From Balanoglossus misakiensis (taxonomy: Eukaryota > Animalia > Hemichordata): a stretch of DNA of 64,000 nucleotides. Below are positions 24,501-38,070 of this stretch, one piece after another. The notes beneath the pieces are model-generated. The model ran no database searches and was not told the DNA's origin. It worked only from the letters and a program-made list of their open reading frames with translations. How positions within the stretch are numbered: the first letter of the stretch is position 1; each line of letters opens with the position of its first letter. The stretch spans positions 856,613-920,612 of the forward strand of contig CM082588.2 of NCBI GenBank assembly GCA_040954595.2, given 5' to 3'. The position numbers and the translations under genes were made by a program.

Positions 24501-27500
24501 GGGAGAGGGTAATCAAACTAAATCTTCTACTTGACATTTCTACTCAGTATCTACACACTTATAAAGTTGTCAAAAAACCTGATACATTTTACTTTTTGTT
24601 TTGATCATAACAGGAGAGACATGAAGCTAAAGAAAGAGCAGAAATGGAAAGAAAAGAAAGAATTAGGTTTGTATTGTTTTGCTGAAAAATTTGCTTGTGA
24701 CCAAAATGAAATCAGTAGCAAGATTAACCAGATGAAAATATATTCGAATTTGAAACACATGTGATTGGTTAATGTAGTTAACAAGGTGTAATTCTATTGG
24801 TCGAAATACAGGTTAGAACAAGAAAGGCGGAAACAAATGGAGATGGAAAAAATGTTGGCAAGGCAACGAGAAATCGAAGCAGAGAAAGAAGAACAGAGGA
24901 GAAAAATTATGGAACAAAGAGAAGTGAGTCAATTCAGACAGATTATTTTGATGGCATTTGATAAAGTTGTGGGGGTTTTGTATCTGCAGTGAAATTCTGG
25001 TGTAATATTTTTTGACCTGATGTGTTTGTTCTTTTAGGCAGCAAAGAGAGAGCTGGAGAGACAAAAACAAATTGAATGGGAAAGAAACAAAAGACAGGAA
25101 TTAACAAACATACGTATCAAAGAACAGGAGGTTGTATGCCATCTGAAAGCACGGAACAAGACATTGGATTATGAAATTGATGGATTGGTAAGTGAGGGGA
25201 TTAGGCAAATGTGTGAAATACTGAATGGCTTCAAAGGTATGAGCCTTGTACAGTCAAACCAGTGTTAGTGGCCACCTCTACAAAATGTGAACTTGTCTAT
25301 AGTGGCCACTTTACATGTGTATTAACTGATATTGTCTAGATAAAAGCCAGCAATATGTACAGATTCTCAAGATTGATTTGATATGATTTATTTTTACAGG
25401 AATCCAGGAAAGGTGAACTCAACAAGCAGCTGATTGATAGCAAATTAGGCATTACAGAAAAAACAACTAATTTAACACTTATGGCACAAACAAGAGGAAT
25501 TCAAATGACAGAGATTGAAAGATTAGAGCAACAATTACAGGTGTGTACTCAAAATTCTGTAAGGACACAATTTTACACTTATCTGACATATTATCTGGGT
25601 AACAAATTATCCAGCTAATAAGTATTGAAACATTACTGGGTAATTTTGAGGACACGTAATGAGAATTCGGGACTTTTCTTTGCAGGAGTTTAAACAGAAA
25701 GAGTTCACACTGGAACAAGAAAAAGACAAATGTTTGAGTCAGCTGAAGAGGCTTGGCGAAAATAATCCCACAGGTATGTTGTCACAGTGAGAGTGTTAAG
25801 AACAGTGATTTCAGTAATAGGAAAGCAACTTGGATAGGTGTTTAGCATTGACATTTCAAGTCTACACGAGAAACATTTTCACATGATATTGTGTCGCTCA
25901 CACTGTTTTCGTTCCATTTTTCTAGGAGATACTTTGAGGACTGTCATGTTCAGTTTTAATAATAAGCAAACCACGATGAAGAGGCTTGCAGCAGACATGG
26001 CTGATATTGAGAAAACTACTGCATTGAAGTTACAAGACATTGATCAGTGCCATACACAACTCAATGTAAGTTTTATCTGAATCTGATAATTCACTGTCAT
26101 ACATCTTGGTTTTTTACTCAGTTGTGTGATAAAATTACTTATTGCTGTGGGCAAAACACTGGCATGTGATTTTGTTCAGCTGACTGATATTGTGATGTTG
26201 TTTTGTTGTGTTCTGTTTTCAGGATCTCAAATCCAAGATTCCACGAGAGGAGATGGAAGTTCAGAGACTTAAATCCCACATTCAACAAAAACAAAATGAA
26301 ATAGTCGCAACTAAACGAGAAATTGAAGAAACGAATCGCCGGAAAAATTTTGAAATGGAACAGCAGAAAATAAAGTGAGAGTCTTGTTTTACTTGATTGT
26401 GAGGAAATTATTTCAGATATTACAGATTTCAAGTTGCTGTGTAGTTTACCAGTCAAAGCAAGATACGGCAAATAGAGGCAAGATTATAACAGTGTTATGT
26501 TGGCAACTATTGATGATGTTATAAGCAAATAGTGATGTTGTCATTGACAAATAATGATTACATCATAGATAACTGTTGATGAGTAATGGCTATATGAATT
26601 TTTCTTTCAATTTAAAGATCTGAGGAAGAAAGACGGAAAAGAGAAGATGAAGAAAGGAAAAGAAGAGAACAGCAAATTGAGGCCATAAGACTTGCTCAAC
26701 TGGAAGCCGACAGAAAGAAAATTGAAGATGAGAAAAGACGCCAAGAAGAAGAAAAACAACGATTAGAGGAAGAAAGAAGACGACATGAGGAAGAAATAAA
26801 GAGACAAGCGGAAATCAAGAGGAAATTAACAGAAAGTAGCAAAAAAGCACAAGCTGATCAAGGAGAGGAACTAAGAGCCAAACTTCAACAACAATTACTA
26901 AAACAACAACAGTTTGATGTCCAGCAAGTAAAAGAAACTCCCAAAACTGACCAACCTCAGCCTCAGCAGGATATGGACTTCTTCGCAAGTATGTTGACAT
27001 TGTATTTCTTTCAATAATTAATCTCTAAAAAGGGTGAAATGCTTTTGATAAAACAGCAATTGTACTCTGCATTAAAGTTGGACCTCTAAAGAGGGCAGTG
27101 TCAGCCCAGTGTCTGATGACACTATCTCTGTTTTGATATCCACTTCTTCCCTCTCGCGATTTCTTTCCAGACTTCGATGATGCATTTCAAGCCCAACCCA
27201 CACAACCTCCACAGAGTAATTTAGCATCAGCAGTCCAGGAGGATCACCCCATAACAGGAATCAAAACACAACATTCACACGAAGCAGTCAGCGAAATCAA
27301 ACCAGGCACAGCCAAAGTTGAAATATCCAGATACAGAGCATTGTATGCATTCGAAGCCCAAAATGAAGATGAGCTTTCACTGAATCCTGGAGACATTGTA
27401 CAGGTAAGTGACCACTTTTACATGGAATGTACTTTTGAACCCTGACCACAACCACTTTCATACATGACCTCAGTCATCCTAACTGTATTGTCTCTTTGTC

Positions 27501-29430
27501 TCTTGCAGGTTGCAAAGAATCAGAATTCAGAACCAGGATGGCTAGGTGGAGAAGTCAATGGAAGAACCGGATGGTTTCCGGAAAACTATGTGGAAAAGCT
27601 GCCGTCGGAACCCAGCTCTCCAGTGCCAACGGAAGTTGCCAAGACTGAAACTATACCAGAAGAAAAGAATGCGTAAGTATGATTCAACTTTTGTCAGCAT
27701 TGGTCGTTGTCATGATATCATGGTACTGCAATTTAATCAGCTGTTCTCAGAGTGCAAAGACTTGATACAGTCTGCTGCTATCCAGAATGTGAGTATTTGT
27801 ATGTTAAATGTACAGTCAAAGGCCGAAGGACAAGTCCTGCATTATGTTCATGCATCTTTCATTGATATCTGCAGTTGGGACCAGCTGTCGTCATCTGTTA
27901 CTACTGACAGTGGTTTTGAAACGACAACACAAGTGACACAAGATACAACTACAACAACAACAGAATCAGCTGCTGCATCAACAACAACAACAACAACAAC
28001 AACAGAGCCATTAGGATGGAGTGCGTTTACGCAAGTCACGCCACACACTAATGCATTCTCATCATCGCCAACTCCAGAACAGGTAAATTAGGATGTAGTC
28101 GTCTTCGAATAAAGTCTTTGTTGTCATGTCTCCTGTGGTTTTAGACAATGGCAGATGCCATGCTGCGGCTAAATTTGCGTAGGTGACCGTGTACCAAACC
28201 TTTCCTCCCCAGGGTCAGTCTGTTCCTGATGGTGTGCAGGCCCAGGCTATTTATCCATGGCGAGCCAAGAAAGACAATCATTTGACCTTCAACAAAAATG
28301 ACATCATCAATATCAGAGAACAACAGGACATGTGGTGGCGAGGTGAACTCAGCGGCCAGGAAGGATGGTTTCCAAAATCTTACGTCAAATTGATATCAGC
28401 TCCTAGGAAAGATGGGTACGTTCTCAAAGTTATAGAAATGTGGATGATGGTGCTGTATTTGTAGACTGGGGTTATTTTGAATGTGGGCATGTAAGGATAC
28501 AACTGGATGAGAATGAACTGTCCCTGGGTGTTGTACTTCAAACTTTGACTCATGCAAATGAAAATACCACTGTTGAGTTCAGTTACTGTGTGAAAGTTTC
28601 AAAAAAGTGAGGCATAACTTTGGTTCATTTGTGTTTTATTTCAGAGCTGGGACACCTGTCAGTCTACAGGAAAAAGAAGCAACCCCAGCCGCAGCAGCCA
28701 ATGTGCCAATCTCAACAACTCCAACGCCCGATGTGGCAACTAATAATGCATCACCGGCATTACCAAGGAAAATGAACCAGCCCGAGGGTGAAGGTAATGC
28801 TGTCTTATTCTGTTATCTCAATAGAGTTACACTAATCAAGTCTGGCCCGTGTAATTCAGATTAAAACTTGGCCAGTACTTTCCCAAATTGCCTCAAGAAG
28901 TATCGAAACACTTTTCAAGAACAGACGGACAGAGAGACAAGTATCATTTTGAGCACTGCAAAGCTTATTCTGTTTAAATTTGTTTTTCATCCCGGTAGCA
29001 TGCATCGGTATGTACGCATACTCTTCAACGGAACCTGGTGACTTAGTTTTCAGTGTTGATGAGATTATCATTGTTACAAAGAAAGATGGCGATTGGTGGA
29101 CAGGTCACATCGGAGATAGGTCCGGAATGTTTCCTCAAAATTATGTCAGGAAGTTGACAGCAGATGAAGAAGAAAATTATAAACAAAAACAGCAGCAGTC
29201 ATCACAACAACCACAGCAGCAGCAAGATTCCAAACCACAATTGCCGGAACTTCACATAACAGAATCCACGGCAACTAAAGGAAGCGCGCCCAGCGCTCCA
29301 AGTTCTCTAGAAAGAGCCAAAAAACCAGGTAGAACATTAGATTTATTTTATAAATAGATGTATAACATAGATATTGACTGGCGTTGCTTAAACTTTCAAA
29401 TGATGATGATGGTGATGGTGGTGGTGGTGG

Positions 29431-29483
<53 letters not shown>

Positions 29484-32400
29484 CGCAATAATGTATCTTA
29501 TGAACTGACTGGATTGTTCTTGTCCTGGACAGAAATTGCCCAAGTAATTGTAGCATACACAGCAACTGGGGAAGAACAGTTGTCACTACAACCGGGACAA
29601 CTTATACAAGTGAAGAAGAAAAATGCCAGTGGATGGTGGGAAGGCGAATTGCAGGTCAGCACTTAAAAAATGCAGTTAAGAAAAACATGTCAAATCGCAG
29701 CTAGATCTTGATAATTTGGGTTAAAAATCATTCATTGTTTCACTCTAGGCAAGAGGCAAGAAACGTCAGATTGGATGGTTTCCTGCCAACTTTGTGAAAT
29801 TACTTGGTAGTGCAACCACTCCAAGTTCTACACCAACACCAGAACAGCAGAAATCAAGTTCTCCATTTACTGTACCGGTAAGTTTTCTTATGTTTTGAAC
29901 AATTATTATCATTCTAATTTGTTTTCAGACAGAGCATACTGACATTCTTCAGTCCGTCGTCTTCATTTCATGTAGTCATCGAAAATCTATGCCAAAAGGA
30001 CAAATAAAATAATCCATACACTATTTTTTTTTCTTTTCTATAGGCTGAAGTCAATGGAGGAGCCCCTCCAGTCAATGCATGTAAGTGGTTGATGCTTTAC
30101 TACCCTTTCACCACCATGGTTTGGTCCAAATCTATTGTTTTCTATGGTGGAGTTGGACCTCTGCAGAGCCAAATGGGGTTGAAAGGGTTACAGTGAGCAA
30201 GGAATGAAAAGATCGCTGTACTACCTCATGTTCTGTACAAAATGAATCTTGAAATAGGATTTGAATGTGGAGTGCCCATGTGTAGAACTGATGCTCTTAT
30301 TGTATTAGTGGCAATATTTGAAAAGATTTGGTTATACTTTTGTTACAGTGTGTCAAGTGATCGCCATGTATCCATACACAGCACAAAATGACGATGAAAT
30401 CACCTTCAGTAAAGGCAGTGTGATCAACGTTGTCAGCAAAGAGGACAAAGATTGGTGGAAGGGAGAACTGAACGGTACAACAGGGCTGTTTCCACAAAAC
30501 TACGTCAAGCAACTAACGGATGCAGAAGCAACTGCAAGCAACAAATGTAAGTAGAATTCCTTACTTCAAAGTATCTCAGTTAGTTGTGGAGTGTTTTGAT
30601 TCATTGGGAGGAAGGTTGGGCAATGTTATAGATGGTTAATAGCCATGTAATTGAAAGTGAGGGTTCTAGCAGAGACCCTGAATTGAATGTGTCCCAGAAG
30701 CTCATCTGTCCCGTCTAGTATTATTATCAAGTGGTGTGTAGTCAACATGGTGAGTTAACCATGTGCCCCAGGTTTAGCGAAGATGAGAGCCAATCCCCAG
30801 AAAGAACATCTGGCTATATTGCTTGTTCGTAAATGTTAACCCTCCCCCCCCAAAAAAAAAGGGAACGCATCTGCTAATCCATCTCAACTCAATCATTTCA
30901 CTCGTCAAGTCAGAGCTACATACCTTGTGTTGTACATGTATTGGGATACAAAGGCAGTACACAAAGACCAGAATTTTGTGTCGTTAAATCTGTGCTTGTA
31001 GACTAAGGGAAATTGATAATATGAGCGTTATTATTATTGTTTGTGTTTCTTTGTATGGTAAGTTTTTCATATCATAATTTTCATAATAATGTCATTCTCA
31101 TTGTATGTGCTCTCATCCATTTATAAACTAAAGGAACAACCTCTGATAAAAATAACAATTCTAACTGTATCTAATCATGTCTGCATGTTTCGTCTGTGTT
31201 TCTTTGTGTGACTTGATAAAAAAAATAATATGAATCATAATTTTCCCTAGTAATAAATGAATGCATCTTGTAACCATTTAATCTTGACTGGTATAAGTCC
31301 TCTTTGTAACCTTTCTACTGTCCAGTATTCTTGACCATTTGAGGTCCCTATAATAACACCACTGCTAAACAGAATTCCGTTATGATGTTATTCAAATTTA
31401 TCTACGAAGTGAAATTTTACAAGAATGATAATTTTGACTTGTTTCTAGCTGCTCTTCAGCAATTACAAAAACTGTCATTACTCATACAAAAACAAAAGTA
31501 AAATTAAAATTGAAAATCACATTCATTCATTTGTGATCTTCTCAATTCATTGTCTTATGTTTCACTCAGCCGCTGACATTGTCTCCCATCTGCTATGCTA
31601 TTTCAGGATTTCCTAACTCATCCAAGCCATCAAAGTGGAGTCCCACTACCAAAATATCGGCAGTTGTCTGTCACTAAATCCAACCAAACCCTACTCTTTG
31701 AGTAGCAAACTAACAGTGGATGATCAAGTGATGAAAACAAACAAACAAATAAACAAACAAGCAATCAGCACCAACCATCGCCGGAAGCAGAGTGAAAATT
31801 CACCTTTGAGTCAAATCACTATTTATTCCAGAAGAAATTTCTCGAGAGCATGATTCTGATTTGCAATAGCCAATGTAAGAGTTGCTGTGTTATTTTGGTA
31901 GTGGGTCCATTTTCTGTTTCGCAGTGCCTCTATATCATTTTAAACTACCTGTATTGCATCATTCTTTATGTGTGTATTTGGCCTAAGCGTTCATGTTTCT
32001 CCGCTAGTCTCTGCACCTTGAGGTCATAGGTCAAAGTTCACTCTGTCGACCCACTACCATGTACCACATGTATCTCAGTTTTCCCTTGATTTTTTATGTA
32101 ATTTCTATTAATGTTCAATGTGTAAGATGTGTTATTTTGATTGTCAGAAATGTGATTTTAGAAGGAATAGACCCTGGGTTGATACAACCAAGAAAAAGTC
32201 TTCTATATCAAAAAATAACCAAAAAGTTATACTGAAAAGTACCCTGAAAAGAAGGCATGTGTTTGTTCTAGTTACTAGACACCATTCATGACTGAAATGG
32301 GCTTCCTGATGGGTTTGATAGAGTACTGATTTTTGCCTTGCTGATAAATCTAGGAACAGTCTGATGCCTTGCTAATAATAGTGCCATGGAATTTTTTTGC

Positions 32401-35400
32401 ATCTGGTTGGGAAATGAAATCATTGCCAGTAATATACTTTTGGGGGGTGTTGAAAATTGTACCATGATAAAGTTTGTAACAATTTTGATGTGTTCTAGAA
32501 AAGTATAGTCCTTAGATATTATGGCCAGTGCATCATATTCAGTTTAATTTGTGTTGAATTTTAATGTTTGTCTTTTGGAGGCAAGATATTAAGTCAACTG
32601 GTAATGAGAGTGAAATTTTAACATTGTTTGTAAAGAAAAATGCAATACAAAATTCTTTAACGATGTCCTATTTATTGTCAATGTAAATGAGTATGTTCAA
32701 GACAGTTTACTGTGTTAGTGTCCAGTGATTGTGATGTAAAAATGTTCAGTTCAAATCAAATCAAATCAGATCACACAGGTATGATCGTACATAGCATAAT
32801 TGTTGTTTTTCTGCACAGTTGATTGGTCCATCGGTCTTACCTAAATAAACCAAAACATGTAGAAGTACATGTATTATGATTTGTTTTGTGACATGATCTG
32901 ATCCAATAAGGCCAACTTCAAAATATGCATTAATAGTTTGATCAGACGCTACAAAAACAAACTATGTCTTAACCAATCATTTTGGTAAAAGTTGGCGAAA
33001 CTACGCACAGTTTGTGTCTTGCAGCTGTTCAGTTGCACCTCACCTTGTTTGGTAACCAGATACAGTACGGCTGATATTCTTTTCTAGTTAGCCAGTCCAT
33101 GTGTAGCCATTTTGTAAGACATAGCTCAATTGATTTCTTTCAAAAGCAAACCCTATGCCTTAATAAGCCCCAGTATTAGCTGATTATATGGCTGGCTAGA
33201 GCTATATTTTATGATAAAAAGTGTGAATGCTGGGCTCAGTTGTTTCTGTAAGCACATTCAATGAAAACTGCCATATGATAATTTGGAATCCATAGTCCAG
33301 ATGGTGCTGCTTTGTTTCTGCAAATTCATCGTAGCCATAGTGTAGAAGAATTATGAAGAGAGAAATATAGATAGACGTGTCCTGATTTCTGGAGGTAGAA
33401 TTTGTATGTACAATTGAGAGTTTAATATTGAATCAGTAAAATATTTTTATTAGCCAGTAACATAGGGTAGAAGGATTGACCCTGAAAAATATTGTGTTTT
33501 GGTATTTATTTATCAGATTTTCTGTTTTGATCTTTAAAAAACTTATGAGTTCATCACGAAACAGACTAAATGAACTTCGTAACTTCAAATGAACTGTTTA
33601 TCATCGAACTCACATCAAAGAGGCTGATTTGGTGTTTTTCCCGATCCTCGTTAGTCGATATTGAGAGCATTTGAATCGAGATGACGATGATTGTACAAAC
33701 ATGTGAGAAATAACTGATGTATGCAATGATGAACAAGAGACAATTTAGTCGTTGCCATGTGACGTGTCAGTGATGTAGATTTGTTCATTAGACGAATGTA
33801 ACTCAATAGTAGGGGTAAATTTCATTTTTTTTATATTTTAAATATAATACATTTATTGTGTTGTGTTTTGTTGCGAACATGTATCCATCTTTGTAAAATC
33901 TGTGTAACTCCTATCCTTATTGGGTGTCTTCTGCTGTTAGAATAGAATAAAATGTATACCAAGATTTGCAGTAATGTACACAGCAAATGAAAATACATAA
34001 TTTTGTGTATTACATGGTAAAGTGGTCAAGACAGAAAGATGATATTCTGCCACTTAGATGTTGCAATTCACTTCTTGCTTGGCTGCAGTTGATACATCAT
34101 TCAGTCCCTGACATGCAGGTGTTGACAAGGTCTCGCGTCTGGTTTTGCTTGTCTAAGTTTAAACAAGATTTCCATGATCTAGAAAATGCAGTCAACACCA
34201 TGTCACGTACATGTACACCCCTTGTCTGTGGCCATAATCTGTCATCTGCAAATATATCAACTTCAAGCGCTATATAGTCTGTCATCTACACCCCTTGTCT
34301 ATAGCACGGTCACCTGTGTGGACCATCCATGTGTATGGCCATAATCTGTCTCGTAGTAATATAAATTCCATGTAATCCTGTAATATATAAATAAATCATA
34401 CCAGGTGAATCCTGAAATTTGAGTAACATCGTCTTTGAAATCCTTATTTGCAAAATGGGTAGGTGATTTTGTCTAGGTATCTTTTTCTTGCTCAGTAATA
34501 TCCATCTCAAGCTTGCTTTGTAGCATTCTACAATTGCATGTTTCTTTCTAATTCGCAAGTGATAGCCCCCAGTACACTGTGTATTAATTTACAGGGTACA
34601 AAGATCAGACAGTTTATGAGAATTTGAAACCAATTGAGAGAAAACGACAGCAACATATCCATGAAATGATTGACACAGAGCAAAGTTATGTGGAAAATAT
34701 GATCCTTGTTGTCGAGGTAAGTTGATATTGGATCTTTTGAAGCCAACCAATGATTTGATATCTAAAGGTGCTGGAGGATTTTAGTTGTCAACCGTACATG
34801 TATGTGGGTTAAATATGGATTTTTACTTCATGATGTTTCTTTGATTTGTCACAACAGGCTTTTTACAAACCAATGTCTGAAAGTTCAATTGTATCCAAAG
34901 AAGAACTCTCCACCTTCTTTGTCAACTGGAAGGAAATCATTATGTGCAATATGAAATTATCCAAGTAAGTTTGCATCACTTTTCATGAATGTATTGAGAG
35001 TCACTACCCCACACTCCATGTGACTATACTTTGACCAATCATGGAACAACAAATCAACAAAGTTTATTACAGATTGTGATCTTACTTTCTCTAGGGCTCT
35101 GAAAGTTCGTAAGAAAATGAGTGGAGAGAGCCAGGTCATACGTAACATTGGAGACATTCTTTGTGAACAGGTAAAGCAGTTGTTTTATCACATTGTGTTT
35201 TTGGATGTTACAAGTTGATGCTATAAGTTTTTGTATTATTTACCCACACATATCTTCCACTCATTCCAAATGTTAGCTGCACTAAACAATTCTCCTCTAT
35301 TCTGTTTCAGCTGCCACACATGACTCCATACATCAGATTTTGCAGTTGTCAGCTGAGAGCATCAACTTTGTTGCAGAAGAAAACTGACAATGGAAACGAA

Positions 35401-38070
35401 TTTAAAAATCTCATGAAGGTAGGCAATTAATGCTCAGTGGTAGAACATAACAGTTTCCGATAATCATTGCGAGTGATACATGTACCAGCACAGTAAACTG
35501 ATACTAGGTATTGGTATTTACATCTGAGAAACAGATAGGCGTTTGGTAGTTGTCGCTGATGTTGATGTCTGTCTTTTTACTTGTCCTCAGAAACTGTCAT
35601 CAAATCCCAAAACCAAAGGGATGCCCTTAAGCAGTTTTCTCATCAAACCAATGCAAAGGATAACAAAATACCCACTACTTATCAGTAAGGTAAGTCCCTG
35701 TTATGAGAACCACCATTCATGAATTCTGATTTTCACGTTACACCTGCGTTCAGTCTCTCAAGTCACACCTGGGTTCATTCATTCAACACCTGGGTTCAGT
35801 AAAGTCTGAGCATCATTTTGTCCTGTTTAGATTTTAGAGAATACACCAGTGTATCACCCAGACCATGATAACGTCAGCAGTGCATTGGAGAAAGCAGAAG
35901 AGTTGTGTACTCAAGTGAATGAAGGTGTTCGAGAAAAAGAGAATTCTGACCGACTGGAATGGTTGCAATCACACGTACAATGTGATGGCTTAGCAGAGGT
36001 AGGTCAAATGTTAACTTACGTATCGCTGCTATGTTTCCTCACATTAACCAGTTCCACAGGAATTGAAGACGAATTTAGATTTCCTGGACCATAGCCTCAT
36101 CCGGAACTTTCAACAATTCCCATGAGTCACAAACATGGTTATTTTAATGCCACTAATTAACATGACCTTCAAGTTTTGCATCACGTAACACCATCTGATT
36201 TTATAACCTCTTTTTTTCTATTCTTAAACATCTAATGGCTGATTTTCTTGTGCAATATCATTTCTGCTTATGAAATTGGTTGGCATGCAGACTCTACTCA
36301 TGTCACTGCCTAGACAATATTTCTTTCTTCCAAAGACTAAATACATAATGTACAAATAGATAGTCCAGTTTTCAGTACAAGCTGCCTTATCTTTGTAAAA
36401 TATACAAATTACTTGTTTTGACATATTTGTAAAGTGACTGTATTACTTTCAATTTCAGGAGTTGATATTTAATTCACTGACCAATTGTCTTGGGCAGAGG
36501 AAATATCTGTATTCTGGAGCTCTTGTAAAGGTAAACATTATTTTGAAATTTGTGTAGTTGTATACATGTACATGCAAAGTAACCAAATTTTTAATATGTC
36601 TTTTTTGTACATGGCAAATTCAAATTTACTTCTCTCTTTCAACAGGCAAAGAGCAATAAAGAGTTGTTTGGATTTTTGTTCAATGACTTCTTACTTCTGA
36701 CCACTCCAACAAAGCAGGGCATTAATCTGTTTGATATTGATGCCAAACCAGGAATATTATTTAAAATGTACAGAAATGTAAGTATAATAGTCTGTAGTTG
36801 TAAAAGTTATGAAAAATTTGGCACTGATGAGGAAAAACAAAAGAATTACCATTGCATGAATTCAAACTTGTATTCTTATTGTTATATTGACTTACTTTAA
36901 ATGTGTACATTTGATATTTTTCAGCCATTATTTTTAAACGAAATATCAGTCAAAATACCCAATGACAAGAACGAAGAGATTGCATTCAACTTGTCTCATA
37001 TTGATAAAGTGTACACACTGAAGACCGAGTCTATTGGTGAAAGGTTAGTACCAGACATTTTGAATGTTGTATTATGGGTATAATTTTGAGAAATTATCAG
37101 ATTTTTGTGGTTTTATAGCAAATAACACCTGAATTAAAATTCAGTCATTATTCTAATGTTATGCTTCAGGACAAAATGGCTGAATAAAATTGAAGAAGCA
37201 ACAAAAGTATTTGTAGAAACAGAAAAACGGAAAAGAGAAAAGGCCCACCAAGGTAAGGAATTTGATTCCAATTTCAAAGTTTTGTCAAATATTACATGTA
37301 TGCTGAAGGATATATCATTTTTCTGAAATCTGTTACCTCATGTTGATTTGCAGCTCGAGCCCAGAGAAACAAAGGTGTTGGTAGATTGCTTGTGGTCATA
37401 ATAGAAGGAGCAGATCTCAAGCCAGTTGATAAAAATGGTTAGTTTCAAAAGAGATTTCATACTTCCTTGATTTCAAAAGTAGTCAAGCATTAAACCATGT
37501 ATTTCCCTTTTCATTTTAATACTGAGTGTATAAAATGTCTGGACTGTACAACGCATTTGTGGTTTTGTTTGACAAGGTCTTGCAGATCCTTACTGTGAAG
37601 TCAGCATGGGTGTACAAGAACACAAGACAAAGATTGTTCCGAATACTCTGAATCCAAAGTGGAATTCTTCTATGCAATTTACAGTGAGAGACATAGACCA
37701 AGATGTTCTTTGTGTCACAGTATTTGACAGGGATCTCTTCTCGCCCAATGGTAAGACTTCAACCAGAATTACTGAGACTGTGTTACCAGTTGGTACAGCA
37801 GAGTCTCAAGATGATTACAATGAAAACTATTTTGGCAGAAACGAAGTGAAAGTTTCAGCTATCGATATATTCTGATCTCTGTTTCAACTGATTTTTTATT
37901 CATTTCCAGATTTCTTGGGGAGAACAGAAATCCGGGTTTCCGACATCAAGAGGGAACTTCAAGAGCAGAAAGTGCGAGGACCTCTGATGAAGAAAGTCTT
38001 ACTTTATGAGACTGTGACTGGTGAAGTAAGCATGAAACTAGATCTTCAGTTGTTTGATGCTACATCATGA
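21550..38070 (+). CDS. ITSN1: Intersectin, long isoform: EH-EH-coiled coil-5xSH3-DH-PH-C2
   Basis: MAQFPGSPQ start; EH1 ([12 protein letters not shown]...[19 protein letters not shown]); EH2 ([16 protein letters not shown]...[19 protein letters not shown]); KERQL coiled coil; five SH3 domains ([65 protein letters not shown]); DH ([32 protein letters not shown]); PH; C2 (DPYCEVSMG...TLNPKWN); ends [10 protein letters not shown] at 38068-38070. Probably the pro-ortholog of ITSN1/ITSN2; the symbol is chosen from synteny. Confidence 0.96.
23263..23347. mobile_element. 85-bp TTAA-flanked MITE (piggyBac-type ends) in an intersectin intron
   Basis: TTAA-CCCCGTCACCCCCAG...CCATGGTGGTGAAAGGG-TTAA; TTAA at 23259-23262 and 23348-23351. 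Confidence 0.88.
29399..29482. repeat. (GAT/GGT)n microsatellite in an intersectin intron
   Basis: Directly visible ATG/GTG triplet run; it explains the poly-Met and poly-Ser ORFs in the track. Confidence 0.95.
30103..30187. mobile_element. 85-bp MITE copy in an intersectin intron
   Basis: CCCTTTCACCACCATGGTTTGGTCC...GGGGTTGAAAGGG; flanking TTAA decayed. Confidence 0.85.
31607..33970 (+). other. Putative alternative terminal exon / 3' UTR of the short intersectin isoform
   Basis: Acceptor ...GCTATTTCAG|GA completes the phase-1 codon T|GA (stop) after SH3E; AATAAA at 33946-33951 lies before the DH exon acceptor at 34593. Confidence 0.6.

Noticed and set aside
27404-27508. Vertebrate neuronal VKGEW microexon in intersectin SH3A
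   Set aside because: The intron is at the equivalent position (DIVQ|VAKNQ), but I found no AG-flanked 15-nt microexon in its ~105 bp.
29275-29666. Poly-Met and poly-Ser ORFs
   Set aside because: Translation of an intronic (GAT)n microsatellite; only ~29532-29654 is a real SH3D exon.
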